Assembly: GCA_963836235.1 (NCBI GenBank)
Contig: CAWIIP010000004.1
Location: 672,001-736,000 of the forward strand
Direction of reading: 5' to 3'
Source of the DNA: an uncultured Pseudomonadota bacterium
Lineage (GTDB): Bacteria; Oederibacteriota; Muellerivitia; Muellerivitales; Muellerivitaceae
Length of the DNA: 64,000 bases
The translations under genes and the position numbers were made by a program. This document shows, piece by piece, positions 1 through 11,212 of the stretch (position 1 is the stretch's first letter; the number at the start of each line of letters is the position of its first letter). Under the pieces are notes generated by a model that did no database searches, had not been told where the DNA came from, and saw only the letters and a program-made list of their open reading frames with translations.

Positions 1-7
1 ATTTTCG

Positions 8-817
8 ATGAGTACACTTCTTCAATCTAATTTCTCCAAGTTAGATGGGGTTTCTGTTTTTATGTTTCACCGCGTGGTGGAATGTATTCCCCAAGGCCCT
101 CTTTATGACATTCATTACACCCGTGAGAATCTGGAAAAGTTGCTGAAGTTCCTGCGAAAAAAAGGTTTTGAAACCGTTACTTTTGAAGATCTTTTGAATC
201 GTGATGTTCCTCGAAAACCAGTGATTCTTACTTTTGACGATGGATATGAGGATAACTATATTTACCTTTTTCCTCTTCTTAAAAAATATGAAATGAAAGC
301 GGTGATCTATCTTTTAGGGGATCGGACCATACTTTCCAATGCTTGGGACGTTCCTCAGGGCGCGGCCGAAGCCCCCTTGATGAAGAAGGAACAAATCCTG
401 GAAATGGCTGAAAGTGGACTGGTCGAGTTTGGGGGGCATTCCATGACTCACGCCAAGTTGACTGATTTAACTCCGGGGGAAATCGAGCTACAGGTATATG
501 AATGCAAGAGTTCTTTGGAAAGACTTCTGGGAAAACCGGTCCTTTCTTTCGCCTATCCGTACGGATTTTTCAATCGTGCCGTAAAAAAAATAGTTGAACG
601 GGCCGGATATCTTTTCGGCGTGGTGGTGGAGTGGGGTCCGAATCATTTCTGCGATGACTTAATGGAAATTCGAAGGGTTTGTCTTTCGCCGGACGCCGGA
701 AAATTTGAATTTTATTGGAAAACAAGTTTCTTGTACCCGGCTTTTCGCCGTTACCAAAAAAGACTGAAATCATTGATGAGGAAGGCTCAAAGTCGATCCC
801 TGGGAGTACCTTCTTAA
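8..817 (+). CDS. Polysaccharide deacetylase (CE4/NodB homology domain)
   Basis: Motifs FMFHRV, ILTFDDGYEDNY, GGHSMTH and FAYPYG. Confidence 0.9.
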   Translation: MSTLLQSNFSKLDGVSVFMFHRVVECIPQGPLYDIHYTRENLEKLLKFLRKKGFETVTFEDLLNRDVPRKPVILTFDDGYEDNYIYLFPLLKKYEMKAVIYLLGDRTILSNAWDVPQGAAEAPLMKKEQILEMAESGLVEFGGHSMTHAKLTDLTPGEIELQVYECKSSLERLLGKPVLSFAYPYGFFNRAVKKIVERAGYLFGVVVEWGPNHFCDDLMEIRRVCLSPDAGKFEFYWKTSFLYPAFRRYQKRLKSLMRKAQSRSLGVPS

Positions 818-1047
818 TTTAATACGGGTGAAGTTGAGAACTTGTTGTGGCCCGTTTTTTCGTTGTTTAATGTCATTAAAAAGTAAGGATTTAAAGTGGA
901 TTGGATTAAAATGCCAACTTCCGAAATGGCTCCTTTTTAAAAAGAAGATGTTGCCTGTAAATGTTTTTGGGAATAATCCCTGCAAGAAACGAGTTGAAAG
1001 GAACATCTATTCCACGTTCATCTAAGCCCACTGATCGCTGCCTTTCG

Positions 1048-2283
1048 ATGCGGCAGCGAATTCTCGCTTTTTTAGCCGTCATGGGTCCGGGACTTATCGT
1101 TATGCAGGCTGACACGGAAGCAGGAAGTATTACCACGGCGGCGGTAGCGGGGGCCCAATATGGCTATTTATTGGTGGGCATGCTTCTCGCTCTAGCCCTT
1201 CCGCTTTACGTGGTGCAGGAAATGACAGCGCGACTGGGTTCCATCACCGGGAAAGGCCACGCCTATTTAATCCGTAAAAAATATGGAATGGGTTGGGCAT
1301 GGGTATCCCTTTCCGTCTTGTTTATCTGTAATATCGCGGCTTTAGTCACCGAGTTTGCGGGAATTACGAGTGCCGCCCGGATTGTCCATGTTCCATCGGT
1401 GGTCTCGGTTGGCGTTTCGGCGACCCTTCTGATTTTTGTGGTGATGAGCGGTTCCTATAGGAAGGCTGAATATATCGCGCTGGGCTTCTGCCTGGCCGAC
1501 CTTCTTTTCATCCCGGCGGCCTTTTTAGCCCATCCGGACTGGGGAGAGGTCACCCGCGAGGTTTTTTCCGTACCCACGCAAGCTCTTACTCGGGATTTTG
1601 TGCTAGTGATTATTGGACTAATTGGGGCGGTCATTATGCCCTGGATGATTTATTACCAACAAAGCGCGGTGGTAGATAAGAAGCTCACGGAGAAAGATCT
1701 TCCTTTAGAGAGGTGGGACACGGGTATTGGGGCGGTGGTAACAGAATTGGTTATGGCCTTTATTGTTATTTCCACCGGAGCCACCCTTTACACCCACCAT
1801 ATTTCCATCGACGATGCGGCCCAAGCCGCCAACGCCCTTATCCCTCTGGCGGGAAAATATGCTGGAGTACTTTTTTCAGTGGGGTTGATCAGCGCGGCTT
1901 TCTTGGGGGCTTTCGTGGTGGCGGTTTCCACCGCGTGGGCATTTGGCGAAACCTTTGAATGGCCCCATAGCCTCAATAACCGGCCTCCTCAGGCCAAACG
2001 GTTTTATACTCTTTATGCGGTTGGAGTGATTCTAGCGGCGGCCATTGTATTAATTCCGAATATACCCCTGGTGACCATTACGGTCTTGGTCGAAGCGGGG
2101 AACGCCTTGTTGTTACCAATTGTTCTGGTTTTTCTTCTGCTTTTAACCAATGACCGTGAATTGTTGGGTGAACATATCAATAATTGGAGATCCAACCTAC
2201 TTGCCATTGCCACCGGTGTCGCGATTATTTTCTTAGGATTGTTGACGGTGGTCATGACGATTTTCCCGAATTGGAAACCTTGA
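1048..2283 (+). CDS. NRAMP-family divalent metal transporter (NRAMP-related clade)
   Basis: About 11 hydrophobic segments; MGPGLIVMQADTEAGSITT (TM1), QEMTARLGSITGKG, GAVIMPWMIYYQQS (TM6). Start is uncertain: ATG 1048 chosen, in-frame TTG 994 and ATG 961 are alternatives. Confidence 0.85.
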   Translation: MRQRILAFLAVMGPGLIVMQADTEAGSITTAAVAGAQYGYLLVGMLLALALPLYVVQEMTARLGSITGKGHAYLIRKKYGMGWAWVSLSVLFICNIAALVTEFAGITSAARIVHVPSVVSVGVSATLLIFVVMSGSYRKAEYIALGFCLADLLFIPAAFLAHPDWGEVTREVFSVPTQALTRDFVLVIIGLIGAVIMPWMIYYQQSAVVDKKLTEKDLPLERWDTGIGAVVTELVMAFIVISTGATLYTHHISIDDAAQAANALIPLAGKYAGVLFSVGLISAAFLGAFVVAVSTAWAFGETFEWPHSLNNRPPQAKRFYTLYAVGVILAAAIVLIPNIPLVTITVLVEAGNALLLPIVLVFLLLLTNDRELLGEHINNWRSNLLAIATGVAIIFLGLLTVVMTIFPNWKP

Positions 2284-2300
2284 TCCAGCCCAAAGGCTGA

Positions 2301-3056
2301 CTACTCTTTAGCGCTAGCAACCTGGAGGGCTCGAGGCTTAAAAGAGTTCGCGGAGATTGCCGGGTAATGAGCCAATGGATCCAGCCAATCGGACAACCGG
2401 TTCCCATAAATGTGGTTAGCGGCTATTCCGGATTCCACGAATTTTTCAGCGCAAATCCCATAATCGTTATCGAAAATCAAATTATTTGAAATAAGAGTAC
2501 CAACTGTTTCGCTGAGAAATGTCAGTCCGATCGTATTGCCGGAAATGCGGTTTCCGATGATCTTGGGCCGTGAACCGGGGCCCACTACCACCGCGTTGCG
2601 GGACCCGGAAATGGAACATTGTTCGATGGATGGAGAAGAGTTGTTACAAACGACACGGCCCCCCGTAATAACGCAGTGCTTGAGGAACGACCGGTTCGGA
2701 TTGGAATGAAGGAAGTATAACTGGCCCCATTTTTCTCCCTTGATGAGGGAGGTAAAACGGACCGGCTGAGTTTCGGAACCGATTGCTTCCAAACCGCCTT
2801 CAATCACAAAACCAGAGTTAATCCCCTCGTTTTTTTGCATAACAATGAAAAAAACTCTCGTTCCCGGACGCAGGGTCAGGGTGGCGCCTTTTTCTATGAC
2901 AATCTTACCTTGAACAATATAGGGACTGTGGCTTGCTTCCCAAACCGTGTCAGAAACGATCCGTCCTTGTACCATCGTTGGACCCGCTTCTACTGCCATC
3001 GGGGTTACGAGGACCATGATTCCAAAAATGGCTTTAATGTAATCCTTCATTTTCAT
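2301..3056 (-). CDS. Secreted right-handed parallel beta-helix (pectin-lyase-like/NosD-type) protein
   Basis: Signal peptide; TVWEASHSPYIVQGKIVIEKGATLTLRPGT N-cap; repeated I-x-x-N-x-I-x-x-N rungs; GGAGG RBS. Confidence 0.75.
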   Translation of the reverse strand: MKMKDYIKAIFGIMVLVTPMAVEAGPTMVQGRIVSDTVWEASHSPYIVQGKIVIEKGATLTLRPGTRVFFIVMQKNEGINSGFVIEGGLEAIGSETQPVRFTSLIKGEKWGQLYFLHSNPNRSFLKHCVITGGRVVCNNSSPSIEQCSISGSRNAVVVGPGSRPKIIGNRISGNTIGLTFLSETVGTLISNNLIFDNDYGICAEKFVESGIAANHIYGNRLSDWLDPLAHYPAISANSFKPRALQVASAKE

Positions 3057-3094
3057 CTCATCCTCCCAGTTAATCGGTATCGAATATTAGTAAT

Positions 3095-3110
3095 GCAACG
3101 GTTGTGCCAA
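3095..3110 (-). promoter_or_regulatory. sigma54 (-24/-12) promoter of the beta-helix gene
   Basis: Minus strand reads TTGGCACAACCGTTGC: GG-N10-GC with TGGCAC and TTGC boxes, about 40 nt upstream of ATG 3056. Confidence 0.85.
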
Positions 3111-3169
3111 TCTTGTCAGTCGAAATTGACAGTAAAGGGAGGAAGCCTAAAACCGGCGCGACATTTAAA

Positions 3170-3205
3170 CGGGTAATCTTTACCCGAAAAAGTAAGTATT
3201 ACTCA
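3170..3205. promoter_or_regulatory. Tandem enhancer-like (UAS) sites for a sigma54 activator
   Basis: CGGGT-AATCTTT-ACCCG (3170-3186) and AAAGT-AAGTATT-ACTCA (3189-3205), starting about 60 nt upstream of the -24 box; the same arrangement recurs at 17179-17213. Confidence 0.65.
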
Positions 3206-3436
3206 AATGTGGTCGGATGTGAGATTTGCCGGTTCAATATCTTTCCAAAATCATATTCATTTGACGAGCTGGCTTTCCTGATTTCAAATTTTCCTGGTTT
3301 TGCTACCATGAACTCAAGTGCTGCGCTTTGGAAAATAATTCTGGGCATAAATTTTATGATCAACCTGATACTTTTGATGGACAGGTAGCCGCGATGGAAT
3401 TATTGCGTATCTTCCTGGTGAAAGAATAGAGCCCTA

Positions 3437-6400
3437 ATGACTGAAAAACCCGTTCGATTGTTAATTGTGGAAGACAACAACGACGATTTTTTTACCCTTC
3501 GAAAGATGCTTTCTGAGATCAAGAGGCAGCATTTTGAGTTGGAGAGGGTTTTCACGTGCCAAGAAGCTCTTGAAAAACTGGATCAAAATAACCACGACGT
3601 TTGCCTGTTGAATTACCGATTAGAGGGCCGCAATGGTTTGGACTTTTTGCAGGAAGTGGCCCAGAAGGGCTACGACATTTCCGTTATATTTCTGGCGTTG
3701 GAAGAGGGTCATGACGTGGATATGGAAGCCATGCGATTGGGCGCCTCGGATTTCCTTTACAAAAATAAAATCGACAGCGACATGTTGGACCGCTCGATTC
3801 GTTACGCGCGGGAACGTAGGAAGGCCGAAGAAAATCGGCTCCGCTTGGCGACCATCGTGGAATCTTCCAATGACGCCATATACTCAGTCACTTTGGAAGG
3901 CGTTATCTTAAGTTGGAACCCGGGCGCGGAAAAGATTTACGGTTTTAAGCCAGAAGAAATCGGGGGGAGGGATATATCCCTCATCATTCCAACTTCCCAC
4001 CAGAAAGAATTCAAACGGTTGTTGGCAGTGGTCAAGGAAGGAATTGCTGTTTCCAATTTTATTGGCGTCCATAAGACTAAAAAGGGCAGGGAAGCCATTT
4101 TTTCTATCACGCTATCTCCCATTAAGAATCATTTGGGTCAAGTGTCCAGCGCGTCCGTGATCGCCCGAGATGTTACCGAAAGCCAAAAGGCTAAAGCCAT
4201 TAAAGACATGCTGGAGTCGGAGCGGGACCAGCTTTTGGACCGGCTTCAATTGCAGATGGACCGGATGCCCATCGCCTGTATTCTGGGTGACCAGTATTTT
4301 CATTATAACTACTGGAATCCGGCCGCTGAGAGGATGTTTGGCTATACCTTCAAGGAAGTGGAAGGCCGTAATGGAATGATTTCATCTCCTGGGGGCTGGT
4401 CGGAGGTGGAAAAGCAACTTCAAACCATGGCCAAGGAAAAAACACCTATTCATGGAAAGGTTCTCGAAAATATCCGAAAGGACGGACAAAACCTAACATG
4501 CGAATGGTACATCACGCCTCTTTATGATTTGGACGGTGTTTTCATAGGTTTGATGTCTATGGCCATTGATGTGACTGAAAGGCGGAAGTCCGAGGCGGCT
4601 TTACACGAAAGCGAGAGCCGTTTCCGACGAATTTTCGAGGATAGTCCCTTAGGCATGGGTCTGGTTGAGATGGATTCCAAATTTATCGTTGTTAACCCCC
4701 GTTTTTGTGAAATCACCGGTTATAGCGCCTCGGAATTAGAGGGGAAATCCTTTGTCGACATCACCTATCCTGAGGATACGAATTTGGATTTGGAAAATTT
4801 GCGAAGCATGGTCGCCGGAGAAATTCCCCGCTATGAGATTGATAAACGTTACGTCCGCAAGGACGGCCAAGTCGTTTCTTGCCATTTGATAGCCACATTG
4901 ATCAAGGATGAAATGGGAAAACCGTTGTATGCCTTGGGCATGGTGGAGGATATAACGGCAAAGAAAAAGGCGGAAGGCGTTCAGTCCCAATTGGCGGCTA
5001 TTTTGCAGCAAACCCCAGATGCGGTTATTGGAACTGACCTGGACGGGCGAGTTTTTAGCTGGAATCGGGGAGCGGAAGCCATGTTTGGCTACAGTCTGAT
5101 GGAAATCTTGGGGCAATCGAAGGAACTCCTAGCGCCTGAAGATCGCAGGAATGAAACGACGGAAATGGGTCAGATCGCCTTGGCTGGAGAAAGTATCTCG
5201 AATTTCGAGACGGTTCGTGTGAAAAAAAATGGGGACTTCATTGACGTCTCTATTACTTTATCGTCCGTTAAGGATTCGAGCGGGAAAATCGTGGGTGTTT
5301 CATCCATTATGCGGGACATCACGGAGCGAAAAAGGGCTGAAGAATCCCTGCGCAAGCACGAGGAACAGCTTCGCCGAATTGAAAAAATTAACGCCATTGG
5401 TCGTTTGGCCGGAGGCGTGGCCCACGATTTTAATAATCTACTTTCCGTTATTGGGGGCAACGCCGAGTTTCTCCTATCCACCCTTCCCGATAAGTCCGAG
5501 AACCGGGAGGAAGTGCTGGAAATCCAAAAGGCCGTTCGCCGAGGAGCCGAACTTACCAAGCAAATGTTGGTGTTCGGCCAAAAGCAGGTTGTTCAGCCAC
5601 AGCCGGTGAACCTGAACGAGATTTCTGCCGAGATGACCAAGATGCTGAAACGCCTGATCGATGCTACGATTGACTTGGTGATTACCCAAGACAAGGAATT
5701 GAAGCAGATCCTGGCCGATCCCGGTCAAATGCAGCAGATTATCCTGAATCTGGTCCTTAACTCCAGAGATGCCATGTCGGAGAGAGGCAAGTTGATAATC
5801 GAAACCAAACATATAGGAGAAGACCAAGTCGAGCAGGAGGGCAAGCCCACATTACCCAGGGGTTCTTACGCCCGCATTTCAGTGACGGACACGGGTACGG
5901 GCATGAGCCCGGAAATCCAGAAGCACATTTTCGAGCCATTCTTTACCACGAAGGTGGGCAAGGGGACGGGCCTTGGGCTAGCCACGGTTTACAGTATCGT
6001 CAATAAATGGAGTGGGCATATTTTCGTCAATAGCACACCCGGAATGGGAACGACCTTTACTCTATATTTCCCGGCCATGCTTTCAGTGGAAGGTTTTGAG
6101 GTGAAGACCAAACAGATTTCCCTCATTCCCCATGGTTCGGAAACAGTACTTTTGGCCGAGGATGAGGAACCGGTCCGGAAAGTTTTGGTCAGAGTTCTTG
6201 AGAAGTACGGTTATCGGGTTTTGGAGTCGAAAAACGGGGTGGAAGCTGTTCAAAAGGCATGGGATTACCCCGAACCGATCCATCTTTTATTAACCGATAC
6301 CATCATGCCAAAGTTGAACGGCAAGGAATTGGCCGATGAGCTGAAAAGGTTCCGTCCAAAGATGAAGGTTATTTTTCTCTCGGGCTATCCTCGGGAAGTC

Positions 6401-6505
6401 TTATCGCAACAAGGCATCTTGCACGGGGGAATCCATCTCATTCGAAAACCTTTTGAGTTGGAAGACTTGGCGTTGGAAATTCGGAAAGTCCTTGACGAAA
6501 AGTGA
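3437..6505 (+). CDS. Hybrid sensor histidine kinase REC-PAS(x4)-HisKA-HATPase-REC (CckA-like)
   Basis: Four PAS/PAC units ending RDVTE/IDVTE/EDIT/RDITE; H-box [11 protein letters not shown]; N-box [14 protein letters not shown]; [20 protein letters not shown]; C-terminal [12 protein letters not shown]; no TM segments. Confidence 0.92.
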   Translation: MTEKPVRLLIVEDNNDDFFTLRKMLSEIKRQHFELERVFTCQEALEKLDQNNHDVCLLNYRLEGRNGLDFLQEVAQKGYDISVIFLALEEGHDVDMEAMRLGASDFLYKNKIDSDMLDRSIRYARERRKAEENRLRLATIVESSNDAIYSVTLEGVILSWNPGAEKIYGFKPEEIGGRDISLIIPTSHQKEFKRLLAVVKEGIAVSNFIGVHKTKKGREAIFSITLSPIKNHLGQVSSASVIARDVTESQKAKAIKDMLESERDQLLDRLQLQMDRMPIACILGDQYFHYNYWNPAAERMFGYTFKEVEGRNGMISSPGGWSEVEKQLQTMAKEKTPIHGKVLENIRKDGQNLTCEWYITPLYDLDGVFIGLMSMAIDVTERRKSEAALHESESRFRRIFEDSPLGMGLVEMDSKFIVVNPRFCEITGYSASELEGKSFVDITYPEDTNLDLENLRSMVAGEIPRYEIDKRYVRKDGQVVSCHLIATLIKDEMGKPLYALGMVEDITAKKKAEGVQSQLAAILQQTPDAVIGTDLDGRVFSWNRGAEAMFGYSLMEILGQSKELLAPEDRRNETTEMGQIALAGESISNFETVRVKKNGDFIDVSITLSSVKDSSGKIVGVSSIMRDITERKRAEESLRKHEEQLRRIEKINAIGRLAGGVAHDFNNLLSVIGGNAEFLLSTLPDKSENREEVLEIQKAVRRGAELTKQMLVFGQKQVVQPQPVNLNEISAEMTKMLKRLIDATIDLVITQDKELKQILADPGQMQQIILNLVLNSRDAMSERGKLIIETKHIGEDQVEQEGKPTLPRGSYARISVTDTGTGMSPEIQKHIFEPFFTTKVGKGTGLGLATVYSIVNKWSGHIFVNSTPGMGTTFTLYFPAMLSVEGFEVKTKQISLIPHGSETVLLAEDEEPVRKVLVRVLEKYGYRVLESKNGVEAVQKAWDYPEPIHLLLTDTIMPKLNGKELADELKRFRPKMKVIFLSGYPREVLSQQGILHGGIHLIRKPFELEDLALEIRKVLDEK

Positions 6506-6530
6506 AGTGGTACGCCCGCCAATGATTGAT

Positions 6531-7871
6531 TCAGCCTATTTTGTGTTTTTTTAGCTTATTGAAGAGGGTCTTGCGGGTAATTCCTAAAAGTTTTGCGGCG
6601 TGGGATTTGTTGCCTTTCGTTTCAATCAAGGCCCGTCGAATATTTTCCAATTCAGCGTCCTCTTTGCGTTGAGCGGATTTTTTGGCGGGCGCCATAGCCT
6701 TGGCTTCTTTGATTTCCTTTGGTAAGTCTTTCGGGGAAAAGCTGTTTCCTTTGGCCGTCACGACCATGCGTTCAATAACATGTTTCAACTCCCGAACATT
6801 GCCTGGCCAAGAGTAATTTTTAAACAAAGTAAGTATCTCGTCTGAAAAAAGCGCCATTTTTTTGTTAAAAGCTCGACAGGATTCCTGCAGGAAAAAATTC
6901 GCTAGCTGGACGATGTCGTCGGGACGATGGCGCAACGCGGGGATAGTTAAGGGGACCACATTCAAACGGTAAAAGAGATCGGAACGGAAGCGGCCTTCTT
7001 TTACTTCTGTTTCGAGATCCCGGTGGGTGGCGGTTACCACCCTTACATCGAGAGGAATTTCCCGATTTCCTCCAAGCCGCCGGACCGTTTTTTGTTCCAG
7101 AACCTTTAGAAGTTTCATTTGCACCGCGGCGGTCAGTTCCCCGATTTCGTCGAGGAAGATGGTTCCGCCTTGGGATTCCTCGAAGAGTCCCAGCTTTTGC
7201 CGTTTGGCATCAGTGAAGGCGCCTGGTTCGTAACCGAATAACTCGGATTCAAGGAGCGATTCGGGAAGGGAGCCGCAGTGGATTTCCACGAAAGGTTTGG
7301 AAGCGCGGGGTGAAAGGACATGGATGAGCTTAGCCACGTGCTCCTTGCCGGTGCCTGTTTCACCCAAAATCATGACCGTTACTTTTTCTTGTTGGGCCAC
7401 TTGTTCGACTTGCTCATAAAGCTTTTGCATTTCAGGATCGGTCAGAAATAAGTAATCTTTGCGATAATGGTCCCGTTGGGCTTGTTTCAAGGCCGCGACT
7501 TCTTGCTTCAAACCCCGTTTTTCACCGATTTTTTTCAAGACGATTTTCAGCTTTTCCAGGTCTATGGGCTTTTCTAAGTAATCTTCGGCACCTAGGCGCA
7601 TGGCTTGAACCGCCGAATCCACCGAGCCTTCTCCGGTAATAACCACAACAGACAGGGAAGGGGATTCCTGATTGATTTTGGGAAGAAGCTCCATTCCGTC
7701 CATATCCGGAAGGTGTAGGTCTAACAACAGAAGGTCTGGCGTTAGAACCCTGTTTTTTTCCAGCCCTTCGGCGGCGGTGTGGGCGGAAAAGACCTCGTGT
7801 TGGTTTTGCTCCAAGAGTCTGGTAAATATCTTTACGAGAGCCGGTTCGTCATCAATAATTAGAATTCTCAT
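6531..7871 (-). CDS. NtrC-family sigma54-dependent response regulator (REC-AAA+-Fis HTH)
   Basis: REC LLLLDLHLPD; Walker A GETGTGKE; ESELFG-GAFTDA; Walker B FLDEIGE; FRSDLFYRLNV; WPGNVRELK; HTH GNKSHAAKLLGITRKTL. Confidence 0.95.
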   Translation of the reverse strand: MRILIIDDEPALVKIFTRLLEQNQHEVFSAHTAAEGLEKNRVLTPDLLLLDLHLPDMDGMELLPKINQESPSLSVVVITGEGSVDSAVQAMRLGAEDYLEKPIDLEKLKIVLKKIGEKRGLKQEVAALKQAQRDHYRKDYLFLTDPEMQKLYEQVEQVAQQEKVTVMILGETGTGKEHVAKLIHVLSPRASKPFVEIHCGSLPESLLESELFGYEPGAFTDAKRQKLGLFEESQGGTIFLDEIGELTAAVQMKLLKVLEQKTVRRLGGNREIPLDVRVVTATHRDLETEVKEGRFRSDLFYRLNVVPLTIPALRHRPDDIVQLANFFLQESCRAFNKKMALFSDEILTLFKNYSWPGNVRELKHVIERMVVTAKGNSFSPKDLPKEIKEAKAMAPAKKSAQRKEDAELENIRRALIETKGNKSHAAKLLGITRKTLFNKLKKHKIG

Positions 7872-8380
7872 ATTTCCGTTCGGCTGGTTTAATGAAAAAA
7901 AGACGATCCTATTTTATCAAAGACCTTGTTTAATTTGAGGGTAAATTCCTGACTTTTGGAAAGTTAGGTTGGAAAATAGGCGCTTTTTTGGACGGTTTTT
8001 GGAGTTGATCCATTGTATAAACGTCAGCGATTGGGAAATGAATCATTTACATTCGGAAAAAATTGACTTTTATCAATTTGCCAACCCGTTATTTCAAAAT
8101 TAATTAATTCATCGGGTTTGTCTGAGACGACGAATTATCCTGATGCCTTTGGGATTTAACTTGAAATTATTTGCGGTCATCTTGAGAAGACGTTTGTCTT
8201 ATTCGATGTCGTTTAAATTGAGACTTTTGACCCTTTATTTGGAAATAAGTAACGCAAACCTTGCCCACGGAACCTTGTTTTCACATTTTTTAGATTAAAT
8301 TTTATATTGCGGATCTTTCCTTTACGTGGGGTTTTGATCCATACTTGCACGGTTTTAATGAACTTTTTGCGAGGACAAAA

Positions 8381-9085
8381 ATGCCCGAAATCGTCTCCAT
8401 CCAAAACGTCATCAAGGAATACCATCTGGACAAGGTGGTGGTTCCGGCTTTAAGGGGAGTCAGCCTGTCGGTGGCGGCCGGTGACTTCCTTTCCATCGTG
8501 GGCCCCTCCGGGTCCGGCAAAACCACCCTGCTCAACCTCATCGGCTGCGTGGATGTGGCCACATCGGGCACGGTCCTCATCGACGGGCATGACACCAAGA
8601 GCCTCAATGACCGGCAACTCACCGACCTGCGCCTGAATACCCTGGGATTCATCTTCCAGAGCTTCAACCTGGTACCGGTGCTCTCTGTGTTCCAAAACGT
8701 GGAGTTTCCCCTGCTTCTTCAGCGTAAATATTCGAAGGAAGAACGAGCCCAGCGGGTGGATGAGCTTTTGGCCAAGGTAGGCCTCGATAAGCACACCCAG
8801 CATAGACCTAGCGAACTTTCGGGCGGCCAGCGTCAAAGGGTGGCCATCGCCCGGGCACTGGTGACCCGGCCCAAGATCGTCCTGGCCGACGAGCCCACCG
8901 CCAACCTGGATTCGGTGACGGGGGAAAACATAATCGACCTCATGAAAGAAATGAACCGGGTGGAAAAAACTACCTTCATCTTCTCCACGCATGACGCCAA
9001 GGTCATGAGCCATGCAAACTCGGTCATCCGGCTGGCGGACGGCAAGATATCCGATGGCAAGGCGGCCATGGCGGGGAGCCACTAA
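8381..9085 (+). CDS. ABC transporter ATP-binding protein (LolD/MacB-type)
   Basis: GPSGSGKTT, GFIFQSFNL, LSGGQRQRVAIARAL, LADEPTANLD, FSTHD; ATG 8381 follows GAGGA RBS. Confidence 0.95.
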   Translation: MPEIVSIQNVIKEYHLDKVVVPALRGVSLSVAAGDFLSIVGPSGSGKTTLLNLIGCVDVATSGTVLIDGHDTKSLNDRQLTDLRLNTLGFIFQSFNLVPVLSVFQNVEFPLLLQRKYSKEERAQRVDELLAKVGLDKHTQHRPSELSGGQRQRVAIARALVTRPKIVLADEPTANLDSVTGENIIDLMKEMNRVEKTTFIFSTHDAKVMSHANSVIRLADGKISDGKAAMAGSH

Positions 9086-11166
9086 TGAGTTGGCTCCTAC
9101 TTCTTCTCCAAACTTCGTTCCGGAACATTTTTTCTAGCTTCCTGAACATCATCATCGGCCTCATCATTTTGGCGGGCACCTTCTTTTTTGTGGTGGGCGG
9201 ATCGCTGGTGGACAGCATGGACAAAGCCATGAGCCGGAGCATCATCGGCTCGGTGGCGGGCCATGCCCAGGTTTACCAGGCTTCCTCCGCTGATTCCCCA
9301 GCCCTTTTTGAGAGCTGGCAGATCCCCGACCTGGACCCTATTCCCGACTTTTCCAAGATCAAAGGCCCCTTGATGTCCGATCCCAACGTCCAAGCCGTTG
9401 TGCCCGAGGGCATCAACACCGCCATCGTGGTTTACGGCAATACCATCGATCAAATCCTGGAAAAACTACGTAAGGCTGTTTCGCCGGGCACCAAACAGCC
9501 CAAAGAGGTTGTGGAAAGTTTGAAAGCCCACGTACGGCATATGGTTTCGGTCATCCAGACCGACATGGGCAAGGTCAGCCAAATCGCCTCTACCGGCGCT
9601 TTCGACCCGGACGCCAGCCAAAACCTGGTCAAGGCCTCCTCCGACGCCTTTTGGAACAGCTTCGACAAGGACCCTTTCAACCACCTGGAGTTTTTGGAAA
9701 ACAAGATCGCCTACCTTATCCCGGATTCGGATCAGATTTTCCTTTCCTATGTGGGCACGGACCTGGACGCCTTCGCCAAGTCATTCGACCGCATGCAGAT
9801 CGTCGATGGGCAGAGGGTGCCGCCGGGTCATCGGGGAATGCTTCTTTCCAAGTACGTGTATGAGGAAATGTTTAAGCTCAAGTCAGCCCACCGGCTGGAC
9901 CAAATCCATGAGGCCCTGACCGAAAAGAACAAGAAAATCGCAAAGGACCCTGATTTGCAGGACCTGGTAAAGCAAAATAAGCTCCAGACCCGCGAGATCG
10001 TGCTCCAACTCGACCCGCTTTCCAGCCAGAAGGCGGTAGCCATCTTGCAGTCTACGCTAGGTACGAAAGAAACCGACTTGCCCAAGCTTCTTTCCCAATT
10101 TTTCGATACCGACGACTCCGATTTTGAGGCTCGTTATAAGGTTTTCTATGACCAACTGGCGCCGCTGGTGGAGCTTTACCGTTTAAAACCCGGAGAGATG
10201 CTTACCATCAAGGCCTATACCAAGTCCGGCTCGGTGGATGCTGTCAACGTGAAGGTCTATGGCACCTTCCAGTTCAAGGGGTTGGAAAAGTCAGGCCTTG
10301 CGGGGGGCCTGAGCCTGATGGATCTGATGAGCTTCCGGGACCTTTATGGCTATGTGACGCCCGACAAGATGGCCGAAACCCAATCGTTGGAAAAGGCCGC
10401 GGGGGTCAAGTTCGTGTCCCGCGACCAAGCCGAGGCCGACCTTTTCGGGAGCGCCTCTTCCGACGTGGAGCAGGGCCAGCAGAAGGTTATTAACGACAAG
10501 GCGGAGATGGGCGGCGGGGCCAAGGTGCAGCGGGTGGACCTGACCCAGCAGGTTTACAGCCAGGATGAGATGGAGAAGGGCGTGGCCATGGGGGCCGCTA
10601 TCCTCCTCAAGGACCCGTCCCAACTGAAGGAAACCATGAAACGGCTCCAGGCCATCTGCGACCAAAACAAGCTGGGCCTCAAGGTCATCGATTGGCAGAA
10701 GGCGGCGGGCAACCTGGGCCAATTCGTCTTCGTGGCCAAGTTCATCCTCTACTTCGCCACCTTCATCATCTTCGTGGTGGCGCTGGTCATCATCAACAAC
10801 GCGGTGGTCATGGCCACCCTGCAGAGGGTCCGGGAAATCGGCACCATGCGGGCCATCGGGGCGCCCAAGGGATTCGTACTGGGCATGGTTCTCACCGAAA
10901 CGGTGGTGCTGGGGCTGGTCTTCGGCACGGCGGGCTCGGCCCTGGGGAGCGGTTTCGTCCTCTGGCTCAACCACGCGGGCATTCCGGCGGGTAATGAGTT
11001 CCTTGTATTTCTTCTTCTCGGGGCCGAGGCTTTATCCCTTCCTAAACGTGGGAAGCCTCATCGGGGCCTTCTTCGTGGTGGTCATCGTCACCTGCGTTTC
11101 GGCGCTTTACCCCGCCACCATGGCGACGAAGGTTTCGCCCATTGAGGCCATGGCTTCGACGAATAG
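9085..11166 (+). CDS. FtsX/LolCE-like ABC permease with large periplasmic domain (apparent frameshifts near 11003 and 11157)
   Basis: N-terminal TM, large soluble domain, ATLQRVREIGTMRAIG motif; the C-terminal TM segment (LYFFFSGPRLYP...SALYPA) lies in another frame after one extra base at about 11002-11004. Confidence 0.85.
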
Positions 11167-11212
11167 GAATGGAAATTAAGAATAAAAAATTGATTTTATT
11201 GAGGAGTCTGAA

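Noticed and set aside
818-1047. Possible M-box or yybP-ykoY metal riboswitch ahead of the NRAMP-family gene
   Set aside because: I could not find the conserved cores of either family; only a weak ACGGG...CCCGT-T6 hairpin is present
7872-8380. 500-nt AT-rich intergenic region as ncRNA or sigma54 promoter
   Set aside because: No correctly spaced GG-N10-GC box and no recognisable RNA motif; consistent with divergent promoters
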